From a virus (lineage: Duplodnaviria > Caudoviricetes), in IMG/VR virus record IMGVR_UViG_3300032116_000250, positions 1-55,587 of that record: a DNA stretch of 55,587 bases; one strand, given 5' to 3'. Below, piece after piece: positions 46,344 through 55,587 of this stretch. Both the position numbers and the translations under genes were made by a program. A model generated the notes under the pieces. That model did not search any database. It was not told where the DNA came from and was given only the letters and a program-made list of their open reading frames with translations. Position 1 is the first letter of the stretch. The number at the start of each line of letters is the position of its first letter.

Positions 46344-48008
46344 TTACTTCTTCCAGGGGTTTTTTGTGAGTAGGCCTTCCGCCAGGGCACGTTCTTCGGC
46401 GTTCTTCTTTTCGATTTCCTTACGCTTGGTACTGACCGTGGTGTAGAACTCGTCGTCAAGCTGGCCTTCACGCTGCATGGTCTTTGTGCCTGAGGCTTTC
46501 TTGGCTTCACGCTCCTGACGGTTGAGGTCACGACGCTTAGCCCCAAGATTAACCCGTTGACCGGTACGCACCTGAACCTGAGGACCAACTTCACCTTCAG
46601 GCAGAGTATTCTCAGACTTCATCTTGAACAAGCCATCCATGTCCTCAGGGGTCAGGCCCTCATTGCGGAGGGGCTCAGACTGACTCATGACTTCACCCGT
46701 AAGTGAGTCAACAATTTCACCTTGGAGTTTGGGGGACATGGACTGCCCCGACTCCTGAACCTGACGAGCCACAAGCGTTTCCAACATGGTCTTGATTCCC
46801 TCACGGTCATCAACGAGGCCCATACTGATAAGCTGAGGTAGATTAGCCTTGATGTGTTGACTGACTTTGGCGAGGTCCTTATCGAGGGCAGCGAGGTTGG
46901 TCTTGCGGAGGAAGCTGAGATCAACCCCCTTAACCCTCTCGTAGGTTTTGCCCATGTAGGTGTTTATGTCACTGTTCAGTGCTTTGGGGTCGGCCGCAAG
47001 GTTACGGATCTGCTCAGAAGCGTTTGTATTCAGGGACTGGTGGATGCTTGCAATGTCATCATCAGTAATACCCGAAGCGTTCAAGGTTTTCTGGGCTGCC
47101 TGCTGAGCTTCCTTAGTACCTGTGAACATGGTGTACAACAGGCCCGCGACCGTGGGATGACTAATACCCCCACTTTCAGGTACAAGAACCTGAGCCACAT
47201 CTCCGAGGACAGACTTCAGGATCTGATCTTCATTAGGGTTGGCTACTTGCTGTTGAATGTCTTGGGGCATCTTACCCGCTTGACGGCCAGCTTCTGTAAT
47301 CCATTCACCCCAACTACGAGAAGCTGTTTTTGCCTGACCCTCAGCCTTAAACCGAGCACCCGCTGTACCAAGACCCTCTTTGATCTTCATGTTGATCCGC
47401 TCATCGGAGTTTTTCCGCTGGGTAATAAGGGGATCAAGGGTGTCCTTGTACCGGACAAGCACCTTGATCCCGCCCTCCCCAAGGGCTGCTGAGAACAAGC
47501 CCTGCTGATGCATCATGGACTGAACCTCATCACCTTGTTCCTGGATGCTCCCAATCTTTTCATCAAGGAGACGGGCTTCATCGAGGCGGTTGTCCATCTT
47601 TGCCTTGTCACGGCGTTGCGCAAGGTCCTGCATGTCCTGTTGAAAGGTCTGCCAGCGTTCACCGGTACGTTGGTTCATCTGCTGGAACACAGACTGTTGC
47701 ACACCCATGGAGGTGGCAAACTCCTGCTGCTGCTGCTGCATCGCAAGCTGCTGCTGGGCAATAGTCTGCTGGAACGCATCATTCTTCTTCTGCTGGAGGG
47801 CCTGATCGACGGCCATCTTCTGCTGGAAGTTCTGTCCCTGAACTTGTAAACCCAAAGACTGCTGGGCAAGTTGATTACTCTGGGAAGCTGAGTTAGCCGC
47901 CCCGGGGTTACCCCTCTGAGAGTTGGCCATACCAACCTGCACAGCCGAGTTGATGGCTTGGCTGGTGTCAACACCCGTAGTAGGATTCGTCGAGTCAAGA
48001 AGGGGCAT
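46344..48008 (-). CDS. Putative internal virion protein (Gln-rich coiled coil)
   Basis: 554 aa; GGAG RBS. Confidence 0.65.
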   Translation of the reverse strand: MPLLDSTNPTTGVDTSQAINSAVQVGMANSQRGNPGAANSASQSNQLAQQSLGLQVQGQNFQQKMAVDQALQQKKNDAFQQTIAQQQLAMQQQQQEFATSMGVQQSVFQQMNQRTGERWQTFQQDMQDLAQRRDKAKMDNRLDEARLLDEKIGSIQEQGDEVQSMMHQQGLFSAALGEGGIKVLVRYKDTLDPLITQRKNSDERINMKIKEGLGTAGARFKAEGQAKTASRSWGEWITEAGRQAGKMPQDIQQQVANPNEDQILKSVLGDVAQVLVPESGGISHPTVAGLLYTMFTGTKEAQQAAQKTLNASGITDDDIASIHQSLNTNASEQIRNLAADPKALNSDINTYMGKTYERVKGVDLSFLRKTNLAALDKDLAKVSQHIKANLPQLISMGLVDDREGIKTMLETLVARQVQESGQSMSPKLQGEIVDSLTGEVMSQSEPLRNEGLTPEDMDGLFKMKSENTLPEGEVGPQVQVRTGQRVNLGAKRRDLNRQEREAKKASGTKTMQREGQLDDEFYTTVSTKRKEIEKKNAEERALAEGLLTKNPWKK

Positions 48009-48023
48009 ACTAGTTCTCCAAGA

Positions 48024-49658
48024 TCAGGTGTTCATGTACGGGACAGACCCACCAATATTGTTTTCCGGGTTGTTAAACGGACGTAAGCCATTATCCCAAC
48101 CATAGGAACCCTGAGGCATGTTCCAGGGCTCTACATAATTGCGTTCATTTCGTGGACCTCGGGGTTCCCGAAGTGAGACATTAGGTTGGTACGGGTTCTG
48201 AGCCTGCTGAGCTTGAGGCTGCTGTTGGGGGGTCGGTTGGTCATATTGATCCCCGCCATAAGCATTGCCACCATAGGGGTTGCCCCCGCGACCCGAACTA
48301 CCTTGAGCCACCGTCATAGAGGGCATGTTGACCCTGCCGAACCCTGACTCCTCAACACTAGCAATCTGGAGAAGACCCGCACCAATAGCAAGTTGCGGGG
48401 GCGGATTGTTCTGGAGGGCCTGAGCATACCCCGTGAGACCGTTCATGATGAAGCTCGCAGCCTGCAACACACCCGCCGACTCCAACGAGCTAATACTCTG
48501 GTTGTATGCCTGACGATTGGCGATGTCCTGCTGCACAATCTGGGCCGACGTGGTGGCACCACGGCTGGCAAAGTCCGTGCGTTGGGACTCTGCCTGCAAC
48601 CCACTATTGGCGAGGTTGTTGAACTGCTGACCAGCGTTAGCCTGAGTCTGTGAGAGTCCCATCTGAAGTTGAGACATGCCCTGCATAAACTGCTGGAACA
48701 ACGGAGCCTGTGCCTGCTGCTGCTGGGTACGAGCCGTACTCTGGATGTTGAAGAGGGCCTGCTCCCGCTGAGTAGGATCCATGCCTGGGTTGGAGTACAG
48801 GGCCTTCATCGAGTCGTTGAGGGCCTGGCCAATGGACTGAGCCACAGCACTCGCGTTCTGGACGCTGTAGTCTTTGAAGTCGGTGACGGCCTTACGAGCA
48901 CTCTCAACAGAACTGCGGATGTTACCTGCGGCCTCACCAGCCCACGCATAGAACGGATCCGTGTTCAGGGTCGCTGCCTGACGGACGCCTGCTGCGGATG
49001 CCTCGCTGCGAGAGGTGGCGGCATCTCGCTCACCACGCATCTCCTGACCCGAGCGTTGGGACTGATCACGGATGGCAGCGGCCTGATCCTGAGAACCCTG
49101 AAGTGCCGCACCATTAGCGGCGTCCACTCGTTCGTACTGCTGTTGGGCACGACGTTGGTTCTCAACTACCTCGTTCCGCATGAGGTCCATGGTGCCTTGG
49201 TAGGGATTGTTCTGCTGGAGAGCAAGGGTGCGTGCGGTATCGTTGACGGCACCGTTGTTGATGATGCGGTAGGTCGTCTGACCAAAGGTGTTGCCACCCT
49301 CGGGCACCATGAGGTCGCCGTTGGGAGCGAAGTACGACCCCGGATACTGCTGACGGACAGTCTCACGCTGGGTGGTTAGGTTACCGGAGGCAGACTGCTG
49401 GAGGACGTTCCGCTGGCCAGGGTCATTACGACCCTGAGCGGTGTTCATGGCCTGCTGACCAGTTTGCTGGTTGTAGCCTCCAATGGGCCCACTCGGGGCA
49501 TAGGGGTTACCAGCCGACTGAGTGGTCGGAGAGTACACGGGATTGTTGGTGGGGGCTGAGTTCCGATTACCCAGCGTGGGAAGCACGGAGCCACTACCCC
49601 CTGTGTTCCAGGGGTTCTGCACGGGACCCATACCACTTGCTGCATCGTTCAGGGGCAT
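48024..49658 (-). CDS. Putative DNA pilot/ejection protein (Gln/Asn/Ala-rich)
   Basis: 544 aa; composition typical of podovirus ejection proteins. Confidence 0.6.
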   Translation of the reverse strand: MPLNDAASGMGPVQNPWNTGGSGSVLPTLGNRNSAPTNNPVYSPTTQSAGNPYAPSGPIGGYNQQTGQQAMNTAQGRNDPGQRNVLQQSASGNLTTQRETVRQQYPGSYFAPNGDLMVPEGGNTFGQTTYRIINNGAVNDTARTLALQQNNPYQGTMDLMRNEVVENQRRAQQQYERVDAANGAALQGSQDQAAAIRDQSQRSGQEMRGERDAATSRSEASAAGVRQAATLNTDPFYAWAGEAAGNIRSSVESARKAVTDFKDYSVQNASAVAQSIGQALNDSMKALYSNPGMDPTQREQALFNIQSTARTQQQQAQAPLFQQFMQGMSQLQMGLSQTQANAGQQFNNLANSGLQAESQRTDFASRGATTSAQIVQQDIANRQAYNQSISSLESAGVLQAASFIMNGLTGYAQALQNNPPPQLAIGAGLLQIASVEESGFGRVNMPSMTVAQGSSGRGGNPYGGNAYGGDQYDQPTPQQQPQAQQAQNPYQPNVSLREPRGPRNERNYVEPWNMPQGSYGWDNGLRPFNNPENNIGGSVPYMNT

Positions 49659-49666
49659 ACATCACC

Positions 49667-52477
49667 TCAGATACTGGAACTCAGGGAACTTGCGAGCACC
49701 GACCCACGCACGGTAAAGCTCACCAGATCGTAGGACGTTCCCAGGGTACACATCTCCACCCCCGGGCTAATGATGAGGGCCTGCACACCATGGCGGGTAC
49801 CAGCACCCCCGGTACCAAAGCGGCTGAAGTTCCACTCCACGGGGTTGTTCGCATCCCGGATAGACCCATCGATCACCGTACCGGACCTGTCCGTGGGGAA
49901 GGCCCCATGGAGGTATTCGGTGTTGTTGCCGATGGCGACAACCCCCCGGTACTTCCCGGTGCCCGTCACCCCTGTGAACAGGGCCCCGATGGAATCTACC
50001 TTGCGGACCCGGGAGAAGCCCGTGTCGAACACCTGGCCCTGCTCCGCCTGGGGCATGATGGGCCGTGACATCACCCGGGTGTAAATACCCCCGAGTAACC
50101 CGCTGGTGAGGCTCTCGCTGGACCAGGACACCCAGGGGTCGGTCTCGGTGTACTTCCAGGTGGCGATCCGGTCGGACCCCGAGACGGCACCATCTACGTA
50201 GATGAGCTTGCGGGTCTCCGAACCTGAGGCCGCCCCATTGGAGTACATGGTCCACCCGTTGAAGATGTTCCAAGTACCGGCAGCCCCACCCGTCACCGTA
50301 ACGGGCACATTCCCCCCGCTCGCAGTCCCGTTCGTCCCCAACGTGAGGGGAGACGCATTAACCGCCGAGGACGAACCCACGTAGTAACCCACCACCGTGG
50401 AATCCACCCGGGGCAACCACACCCGACAGTGCTTCGGGGGATCTGTAAGCGTCCCACTGGCACGGAGGGTCGTGTCCTGAAAGAACAGGGCCCTCTGCGT
50501 CAGGGGCTTCTGAATCGCAGGCGTCGGCCCCATGGAATAATCGGCATCGGGTCCCGTGTTGCCCGGCCACTTCCCTGACCGCACAATGCGGCACGGCACA
50601 TCCAGCAACTCACCCGTACTCGCAGTGTTGAAGTTGTACTGCACCACCTGCTGGTGGGCCGAGTTAAACACATAGAGCGTGCCCTTGAGTACGTCGTATC
50701 CCATGCTGACGTAGTTGAGGTCGTCCGCCCACGGGCCAATAAACAGGCTGTTGTACGACCTCACGTCATCCACCTGACCGTTGACATCGACGGCCTTCAT
50801 GCCCTTCTCGTTGAGGAAGTAACACAACGTACCCACCACCTCGCAGGCGTTCTTACCCACCGTACCGAACCCCACGTGCTTCTCCACCCACTGGATATCC
50901 AACTGCTCATCGCGGTACAACCAATACTGGCGGTCCCGTGAGAACCCCACCATCTGGTTATCAAGGGTGACCCACCGGATCACAGTGTTACCCGGGGTTG
51001 AGGGCACCAGCTTGTTCATCGGGGGGAACAACTCCGGGGATTCCTGGTACAGGCTGCTGTACCGGGTCTCCCCAATCTGACCCATGAGGGTGGCGGGCAT
51101 CAGGTCGGCCGCACGACCTCCCGTCACAAGGGGCCCCTTGATATTACTTGCCAGCATGGTCTTGCCCCACATGGCAATCTCACCAGCGGCAGGCACCTCC
51201 GGATCAAAGAGTTCCCGGTCATCCCAGGTCGGCCGGTACACCAGGGCCTGATCCCCGAACCTGTAGAAGTAAATCGCCCGCTTCACGGGGGATGTGGGCT
51301 GCAAACACGTCGAGAAGTTAGCGAGGTCGATGATGCGGTCCGTGTGGAGGATACCCGCTTGGTAGCTACCACCCACGCCCTCGACCCGCACACTCCGGTA
51401 GATGATGGCACGGTCATACAGGTTGGAGTTGTAAACGATCTCGATGTAGGCCTGCTTCTGCCGGGCCACATACGTCTCAGGGTCCGTACTCACAGTGACC
51501 GCGAAGTCCGACGACGTCACGTACACGATGTCGGAGATGGCGGACCTACGCCCACTCTTGGAGTCCACGAGTTGGTAGGCGAACGCATAGCTGCCGGGGA
51601 GCAAGGTGACGAAGTCCCCCGTGAACATGTTCTCACCGAAGTCGTCATCGGGGACGGCCGCCGTCTTCAAACTAGCACAATCCCCAGAAACCCCCTCAAA
51701 GTCCGCAAGCACCAACCCGTGGGCAATCTCATACTTCCACACCTTGAGAGCCGTAGTCGTTGTGCCCTTGGGGAGTGCATCCGTGAGGTTGACCTGACCG
51801 ATGGCAGGGTAAGTCACACCGGCCTGTGTAAGTGAGTTCACCGTGAGGGGGGTGTTCCCATTGGCCTGGGTGAACATCTTGGGGCGTTGACCAGGTCCCA
51901 TGGGTTTGGTCACACGGGTGGTGGCCGTCACCGCCGTACCCGTGGTGTCAAAGTACCACACCAAAGGATCCTGTAGCCCACTAGGGGACTGTACCGTTAC
52001 GTAGAGGAATCGTCCGTAGGTGGTAACCCCCATCTCGTAGTTACTGGGGATGCCCGCACCACTAAGCCCGTCGTGGATAAGGACGGCACGGTCGGCGTTG
52101 GGGTACCACGAGGCCGTGTCACTACGCCACAACCGCAGGAAGATATCACTGACGTCAGGACTCGCCTCCCGGCTATACCTCAGGACGTACCCGTAGGCAT
52201 AGTCCGTAGCTCCAATCCGCAGGTGGATAGGTCTTGCATCGAGGAGGCGGCTCCGCTCATCGTGGTTGCTGTTGGCGGCACCTGTAGCATCACCCAGGTC
52301 GAACTGGTCCCCGAGTTCAAACCCCTTGAAGGGGGTGGCGGCACCTTCAGCACCGACGTCTGTACCAATGATCTCCCAGAAGGCCCCCTGGTCCACGGAG
52401 CTACGGACGCCCTGCTTGTCCACACGGGTCTCTGCACAGGAGATTTCCCAGGTCACATTGGGGATTTCAGTTGCCAT
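49667..52477 (-). CDS. Putative tail nozzle/hub protein (T7 gp12 / P22 gp10-like)
   Basis: 936 aa, beta-rich; RYSSLYQESPELFP, GFGTVGKNA, YFLNEKG segments typical of nozzle beta-propellers. Confidence 0.65.
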   Translation of the reverse strand: MATEIPNVTWEISCAETRVDKQGVRSSVDQGAFWEIIGTDVGAEGAATPFKGFELGDQFDLGDATGAANSNHDERSRLLDARPIHLRIGATDYAYGYVLRYSREASPDVSDIFLRLWRSDTASWYPNADRAVLIHDGLSGAGIPSNYEMGVTTYGRFLYVTVQSPSGLQDPLVWYFDTTGTAVTATTRVTKPMGPGQRPKMFTQANGNTPLTVNSLTQAGVTYPAIGQVNLTDALPKGTTTTALKVWKYEIAHGLVLADFEGVSGDCASLKTAAVPDDDFGENMFTGDFVTLLPGSYAFAYQLVDSKSGRRSAISDIVYVTSSDFAVTVSTDPETYVARQKQAYIEIVYNSNLYDRAIIYRSVRVEGVGGSYQAGILHTDRIIDLANFSTCLQPTSPVKRAIYFYRFGDQALVYRPTWDDRELFDPEVPAAGEIAMWGKTMLASNIKGPLVTGGRAADLMPATLMGQIGETRYSSLYQESPELFPPMNKLVPSTPGNTVIRWVTLDNQMVGFSRDRQYWLYRDEQLDIQWVEKHVGFGTVGKNACEVVGTLCYFLNEKGMKAVDVNGQVDDVRSYNSLFIGPWADDLNYVSMGYDVLKGTLYVFNSAHQQVVQYNFNTASTGELLDVPCRIVRSGKWPGNTGPDADYSMGPTPAIQKPLTQRALFFQDTTLRASGTLTDPPKHCRVWLPRVDSTVVGYYVGSSSAVNASPLTLGTNGTASGGNVPVTVTGGAAGTWNIFNGWTMYSNGAASGSETRKLIYVDGAVSGSDRIATWKYTETDPWVSWSSESLTSGLLGGIYTRVMSRPIMPQAEQGQVFDTGFSRVRKVDSIGALFTGVTGTGKYRGVVAIGNNTEYLHGAFPTDRSGTVIDGSIRDANNPVEWNFSRFGTGGAGTRHGVQALIISPGVEMCTLGTSYDLVSFTVRGSVLASSLSSSI

Positions 52478-52483
52478 GCACGA

Positions 52484-52873
52484 TCATAGTCGTCGGAGCA
52501 AGGCTCCATAGGTCTCCAGAACTTCCGCGAGGGCATGACCCACACGCTCACTGAGGCCCCACCGGTCGGTTAGGGCCTTCAACCGGACCAGGCACCCACA
52601 ACCGGGCAGGGGTTCCCGCAGTTTGACCCCCTGCACGGAGAGCACCACCCGCCGGGGTGCGGGGACCCCCCACCACAGGAACCACTTCCACCGGACCTTG
52701 CCGTCCCGGGTGTGCCAGCCCTTGGGACACGCGACCCCTGTGCTGCAATCCGCGAGAGTCACGGTGCCTCCCCTCACACGGCACGCGCTGGTGGTGGGGT
52801 TGGGGCGGTAGAAGTGAGGGCACGAGCGGCACATAGCAGCATTGGTCCGCTGCCGGTCCATGGCGGCCCTCAT
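52484..52873 (-). CDS. Cys/Trp/Arg-rich small protein
   Basis: CRSCPH, ACPKGWH, GCGC. Confidence 0.6.
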   Translation of the reverse strand: MRAAMDRQRTNAAMCRSCPHFYRPNPTTSACRVRGGTVTLADCSTGVACPKGWHTRDGKVRWKWFLWWGVPAPRRVVLSVQGVKLREPLPGCGCLVRLKALTDRWGLSERVGHALAEVLETYGALLRRL

Positions 52874-52905
52874 AATCAGGCTGGATGTACTACAACCCCC
52901 ACAAC

Positions 52906-54039
52906 TCACAGGTAATCTCCGATGTAAGACTCCCCGGTACCTGAGCACGTGCGTACACAGGGCGACTGGGGGTTACAGAACAACGTAGCCGTCACGGTGC
53001 CAATCTTCGTCGTGGTGCTGAACTCATCACCAGTTACCTGGTTGCAGGTAGCCACATAGCTGTAGCAGCTTTCCGTCACGGTACCATCCAGCCCGAGGTC
53101 TGCAATGGCCTTGATAAATCCCCCATACAAGTCCAGCCCAATCGGTGGCGAGTCACAATTGAAAATCAAGCTCACCGTACTGGAACTCGTAGAACTTGAT
53201 GGGGCCGACGTGCTAAAGGTAGACTCTACCTCCCACGAGCTAGTGCCCACAATAGCAGCACCACTACCTGAACCACTAGCTTCTGTGAGAGTCCAACTTC
53301 CATCGCTGAACTCAGTGAGGTCACTCCAGAACACATCGTAACTATACGTACAATCCAACAGGTCACCCGTGCCCGGATCTATCCGCCCACAACAACAGTT
53401 GGAAAATTCTGTGCTACTCGCACAGTCTTCCAAACAGTCATTACAGCACGTGCTCGCCGCAATAGAGGTACCCCGGAGGTCCGTCACGAGGTCAGTCACA
53501 CCAATCGCCGTGGGGTACGCAAGGTACACGCACTCGGCACACGACCCGTCCATGCAGTACACCCGACGGTTACCCTCTTCAAGAGGTAACTCTTCGCCAT
53601 TACAGCCGGTAACCACCCATGCGACGTTCGCGGGGGTGCATTCGACGGCGGCACACCCGGCCCCTACCACGGGGAAGGTCGGGGCCCCCTCTACGTACCG
53701 AAACACAATGGGCACGCAGGGGATCCCATCGGTCCACTCGACTACCTGACACTTGCTCTTGTCGGTTGAACCTCCGAACGTAGCCGTGTAGCAGATCCCA
53801 TAGATGTTGTACACGTTACCATCGGCGGGTGTGTCGAGGAGCCGCTTGTCCACGATGATGCAGGGCACACTAGTAGTACCGACGTCATCGCATCCGGAGT
53901 ACGTGGCACTACATGGGGTGAGGCCTACGTAGTAGACCCCGGGCTCATCATCGAGGCAGGGCTTCGTGGCACAACAGCAGGTTCTATGACCCGTGGGACT
54001 GAGGATGATGCGGCCCGTGCTATCCAGCTTGCGTGTCAT
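52906..54039 (-). CDS. Cys-rich protein (about 30 Cys, two CCC motifs)
   Basis: ATGA overlap with the upstream gene. Confidence 0.7.
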   Translation of the reverse strand: MTRKLDSTGRIILSPTGHRTCCCATKPCLDDEPGVYYVGLTPCSATYSGCDDVGTTSVPCIIVDKRLLDTPADGNVYNIYGICYTATFGGSTDKSKCQVVEWTDGIPCVPIVFRYVEGAPTFPVVGAGCAAVECTPANVAWVVTGCNGEELPLEEGNRRVYCMDGSCAECVYLAYPTAIGVTDLVTDLRGTSIAASTCCNDCLEDCASSTEFSNCCCGRIDPGTGDLLDCTYSYDVFWSDLTEFSDGSWTLTEASGSGSGAAIVGTSSWEVESTFSTSAPSSSTSSSTVSLIFNCDSPPIGLDLYGGFIKAIADLGLDGTVTESCYSYVATCNQVTGDEFSTTTKIGTVTATLFCNPQSPCVRTCSGTGESYIGDYL

Positions 54040-55115
54040 GGGCAAGGATCAGTGTCGGGAACCTCAGCAACGTCCCAGAGCTTGAGCGTATCAATATCGT
54101 AGAACGCGATACCGTAGCTACCGGCGGCAGCCTCCGTGATTAGCCCGTTGGGGCGTGCCTTCTGCACCGGTACACTTGTACCCAGGATGTTATCATCGAG
54201 GTCCTTGACGGTGTAGGTCCAAGTGCTCGCCGTACTGGAGGTACCCACGACGCCCCCGTCCTTGGTGACCTTCACCGCAAAGGTGCTGCGGTACTTCTCC
54301 CAGAACGGATCCAGGTTGATGAGGGCCCACTTGAGGCCTGTGCCCGCTTGCTTCCAGATGACGCGGGCAGGACCCCAGGGAGCACTCAGGAGTTGGGTGG
54401 TACCGCTGTTGTACCTCGCGTACCTGTCGGTAGCAGCACCAAAGCTCACCTGGGCATACGTGAGGCCACCCCACACCGCCGTACCAATAGACCCCGCGTC
54501 GAGGTCCTGCTGGAGGATCACGACCTTGCGAGTATGCGAAAACGTACCGGGGAGCACCGCATTCAGGGTGAGTCCGCTGGCATAGCCCGTGGCGAGGGTG
54601 GGAGGAGTTCCTGCAAGGAGGAAGCTGGCCTCCGGGTCCTCAACCACCATGGGGTTGTATGCGAGGACGGTACCCCCGGTGTCGTTCTTGACCTTGACGA
54701 GGTACTTGTAGTCCTTGCCGGGGATGCTGTCACCCGAGCGACCCCGGGTGTTCTGTCCGTACCCGGGACCTGTCAGTGAACCACCACCTCCGGGATTACC
54801 CGTAGTTGTGGGCCGTGGTGGCTGGCCCCGGAACGGATAGGTCGTCTGGGTGGGATCCGGATTGAACCCCAGAGTGGACACCGTGAAGCCCGTAGCCACC
54901 CGGGAGTTAGGAACCCCCGGTGGCAATGTGAATGCTTGGTCCCATCCAGAGTAGGGTGTAAACCCCGGGGTACCTTGGCCCATACCCCCCGGGATAGCGG
55001 CCCGCCCACGCCCCACCGACCGCCCCCGCGTGAGGGGAGGACCCTGGCGTGCCGGATACTGGGAGAACCCCTGGGACAGCCACTGCTTCACAATGGACGA
55101 CCAGTCCTGTGTCAT
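54036..55115 (-). CDS. Putative virion/tail protein
   Basis: VKVKNDTGG...GPARVIWKQAGTGLKWALINL domain. Confidence 0.7.
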   Translation of the reverse strand: MTQDWSSIVKQWLSQGFSQYPARQGPPLTRGRSVGRGRAAIPGGMGQGTPGFTPYSGWDQAFTLPPGVPNSRVATGFTVSTLGFNPDPTQTTYPFRGQPPRPTTTGNPGGGGSLTGPGYGQNTRGRSGDSIPGKDYKYLVKVKNDTGGTVLAYNPMVVEDPEASFLLAGTPPTLATGYASGLTLNAVLPGTFSHTRKVVILQQDLDAGSIGTAVWGGLTYAQVSFGAATDRYARYNSGTTQLLSAPWGPARVIWKQAGTGLKWALINLDPFWEKYRSTFAVKVTKDGGVVGTSSTASTWTYTVKDLDDNILGTSVPVQKARPNGLITEAAAGSYGIAFYDIDTLKLWDVAEVPDTDPCP

Positions 55116-55534
55116 AGGGTGATCGCCACACGGAACATGTCATCAATCTGGTCCGACGTCAACCCCATCGCGGCCCCCACCTGCACCACAAAGGGGTTGT
55201 TCCGATAGAACTGCGAGGAGTAGTCCCAGAGGATACGAGCATTACTCCGTTGTTCTGCGGGAAGAGCGTCAATCATCTGGGTGATAACTGCCTCGGTGAT
55301 GCCCTGCGAGGCCAGCACCAGCCGGATCTGTGCCGGGCCGACGAACTCAGGCACCGGCACCACCACCGGCTCCGGCTCCGGTGCCGTGAAGTTCTCGCCG
55401 TCGAACGCGTGGCCCGGTCCAACCGGCGAATCGTCGGCCAGCTCCACGAACACCACACCCTCCGCCGCCGGGGGCTGCTCGCCCCACACTTCAACGTTGA
55501 TCACTGTGCCATTGACGATTCGTGCGTATCGCAT
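55112..55534 (-). CDS. Tail fibre assembly chaperone-like protein
   Basis: MRYARIVNGTVINV...QIRLVL...GLTSDQIDDMFRVA; follows the fibre C-terminus. Confidence 0.7.
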   Translation of the reverse strand: MRYARIVNGTVINVEVWGEQPPAAEGVVFVELADDSPVGPGHAFDGENFTAPEPEPVVVPVPEFVGPAQIRLVLASQGITEAVITQMIDALPAEQRSNARILWDYSSQFYRNNPFVVQVGAAMGLTSDQIDDMFRVAITL

Positions 55535-55540
55535 AGTTGT

Positions 55541-55587
55541 TCAGAAATAGCACACCACGTAGACCACACCGGCACCGCCCGCGCCAC
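55541..55587 (-). CDS. C-terminal fragment of the Gly-rich tail fibre (5'-truncated)
   Basis: ...GAGGAGVVYVVCYF-stop, the usual end of phage Gly-rich domains. Confidence 0.75.
   Translation of the reverse strand, partial: GAGGAGVVYVVCYF

Larger units (their letters stand above)
1576..55040. repeat. Dispersed motif YGTGAGGGGAGG, 18 exact copies
   Basis: Leftmost base of the 11-mer. Plus strand: 1576, 8221, 17110, 22566, 28575, 36134, 38935, 43100, 45065, 55030. Minus strand: 5322, 9078, 13121, 25891, 30967, 36318, 46100, 52767. One-mismatch copy at 50343. Confidence 0.9.

Noticed and set aside
1576-55040. GTGAGGGGAGG as Shine-Dalgarno, KOPS (GGGNAGGG) or Chi
   Set aside because: Mostly not 5-10 nt from starts; only three copies have the final G needed for KOPS; orientation is not polarised.

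Overview
The window is a near-complete, circularly permuted ~56 kb dsDNA bacteriophage genome. It is GC-rich, has a podovirus-like layout, and shows no tape measure, integrase or CRISPR array. It is broken inside the glycine-rich C-terminal domain of an Mtd_N-type tail fibre gene. The minus strand at 1-11.5 kb carries tail fibre, adaptor, major capsid, scaffold, portal and terminase genes. The plus strand at 11.6-36.6 kb carries a D5-like SF3 helicase, many small early ORFs, ThyX, a family-4 UDG, a divergent PolA, ERCC4 and PD-(D/E)XK nucleases, a Sak4-like ATPase, a putative SSB, and a tRNA-Gln with tRNA-like RNAs. The minus strand at 36.5-55.6 kb carries internal-virion, tail and Cys-rich proteins; a Planctomycetota host is an inference only. 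The most striking unexplained features are non-coding: (1) an exact 11-12 bp motif, YGTGAGGGGAGG, found 18 times across the genome in both orientations, inside and between genes; (2) two inverted origin-like elements with identical internal spacing (AGTACA iterons around a 55 bp AT-rich core) bracketing the early/replication block; (3) two families of covarying intergenic hairpins; (4) a tRNA paralogue with a 15-nt anticodon loop next to an unknown structured RNA. Product calls come from recalled motifs and gene order; no database search was run.
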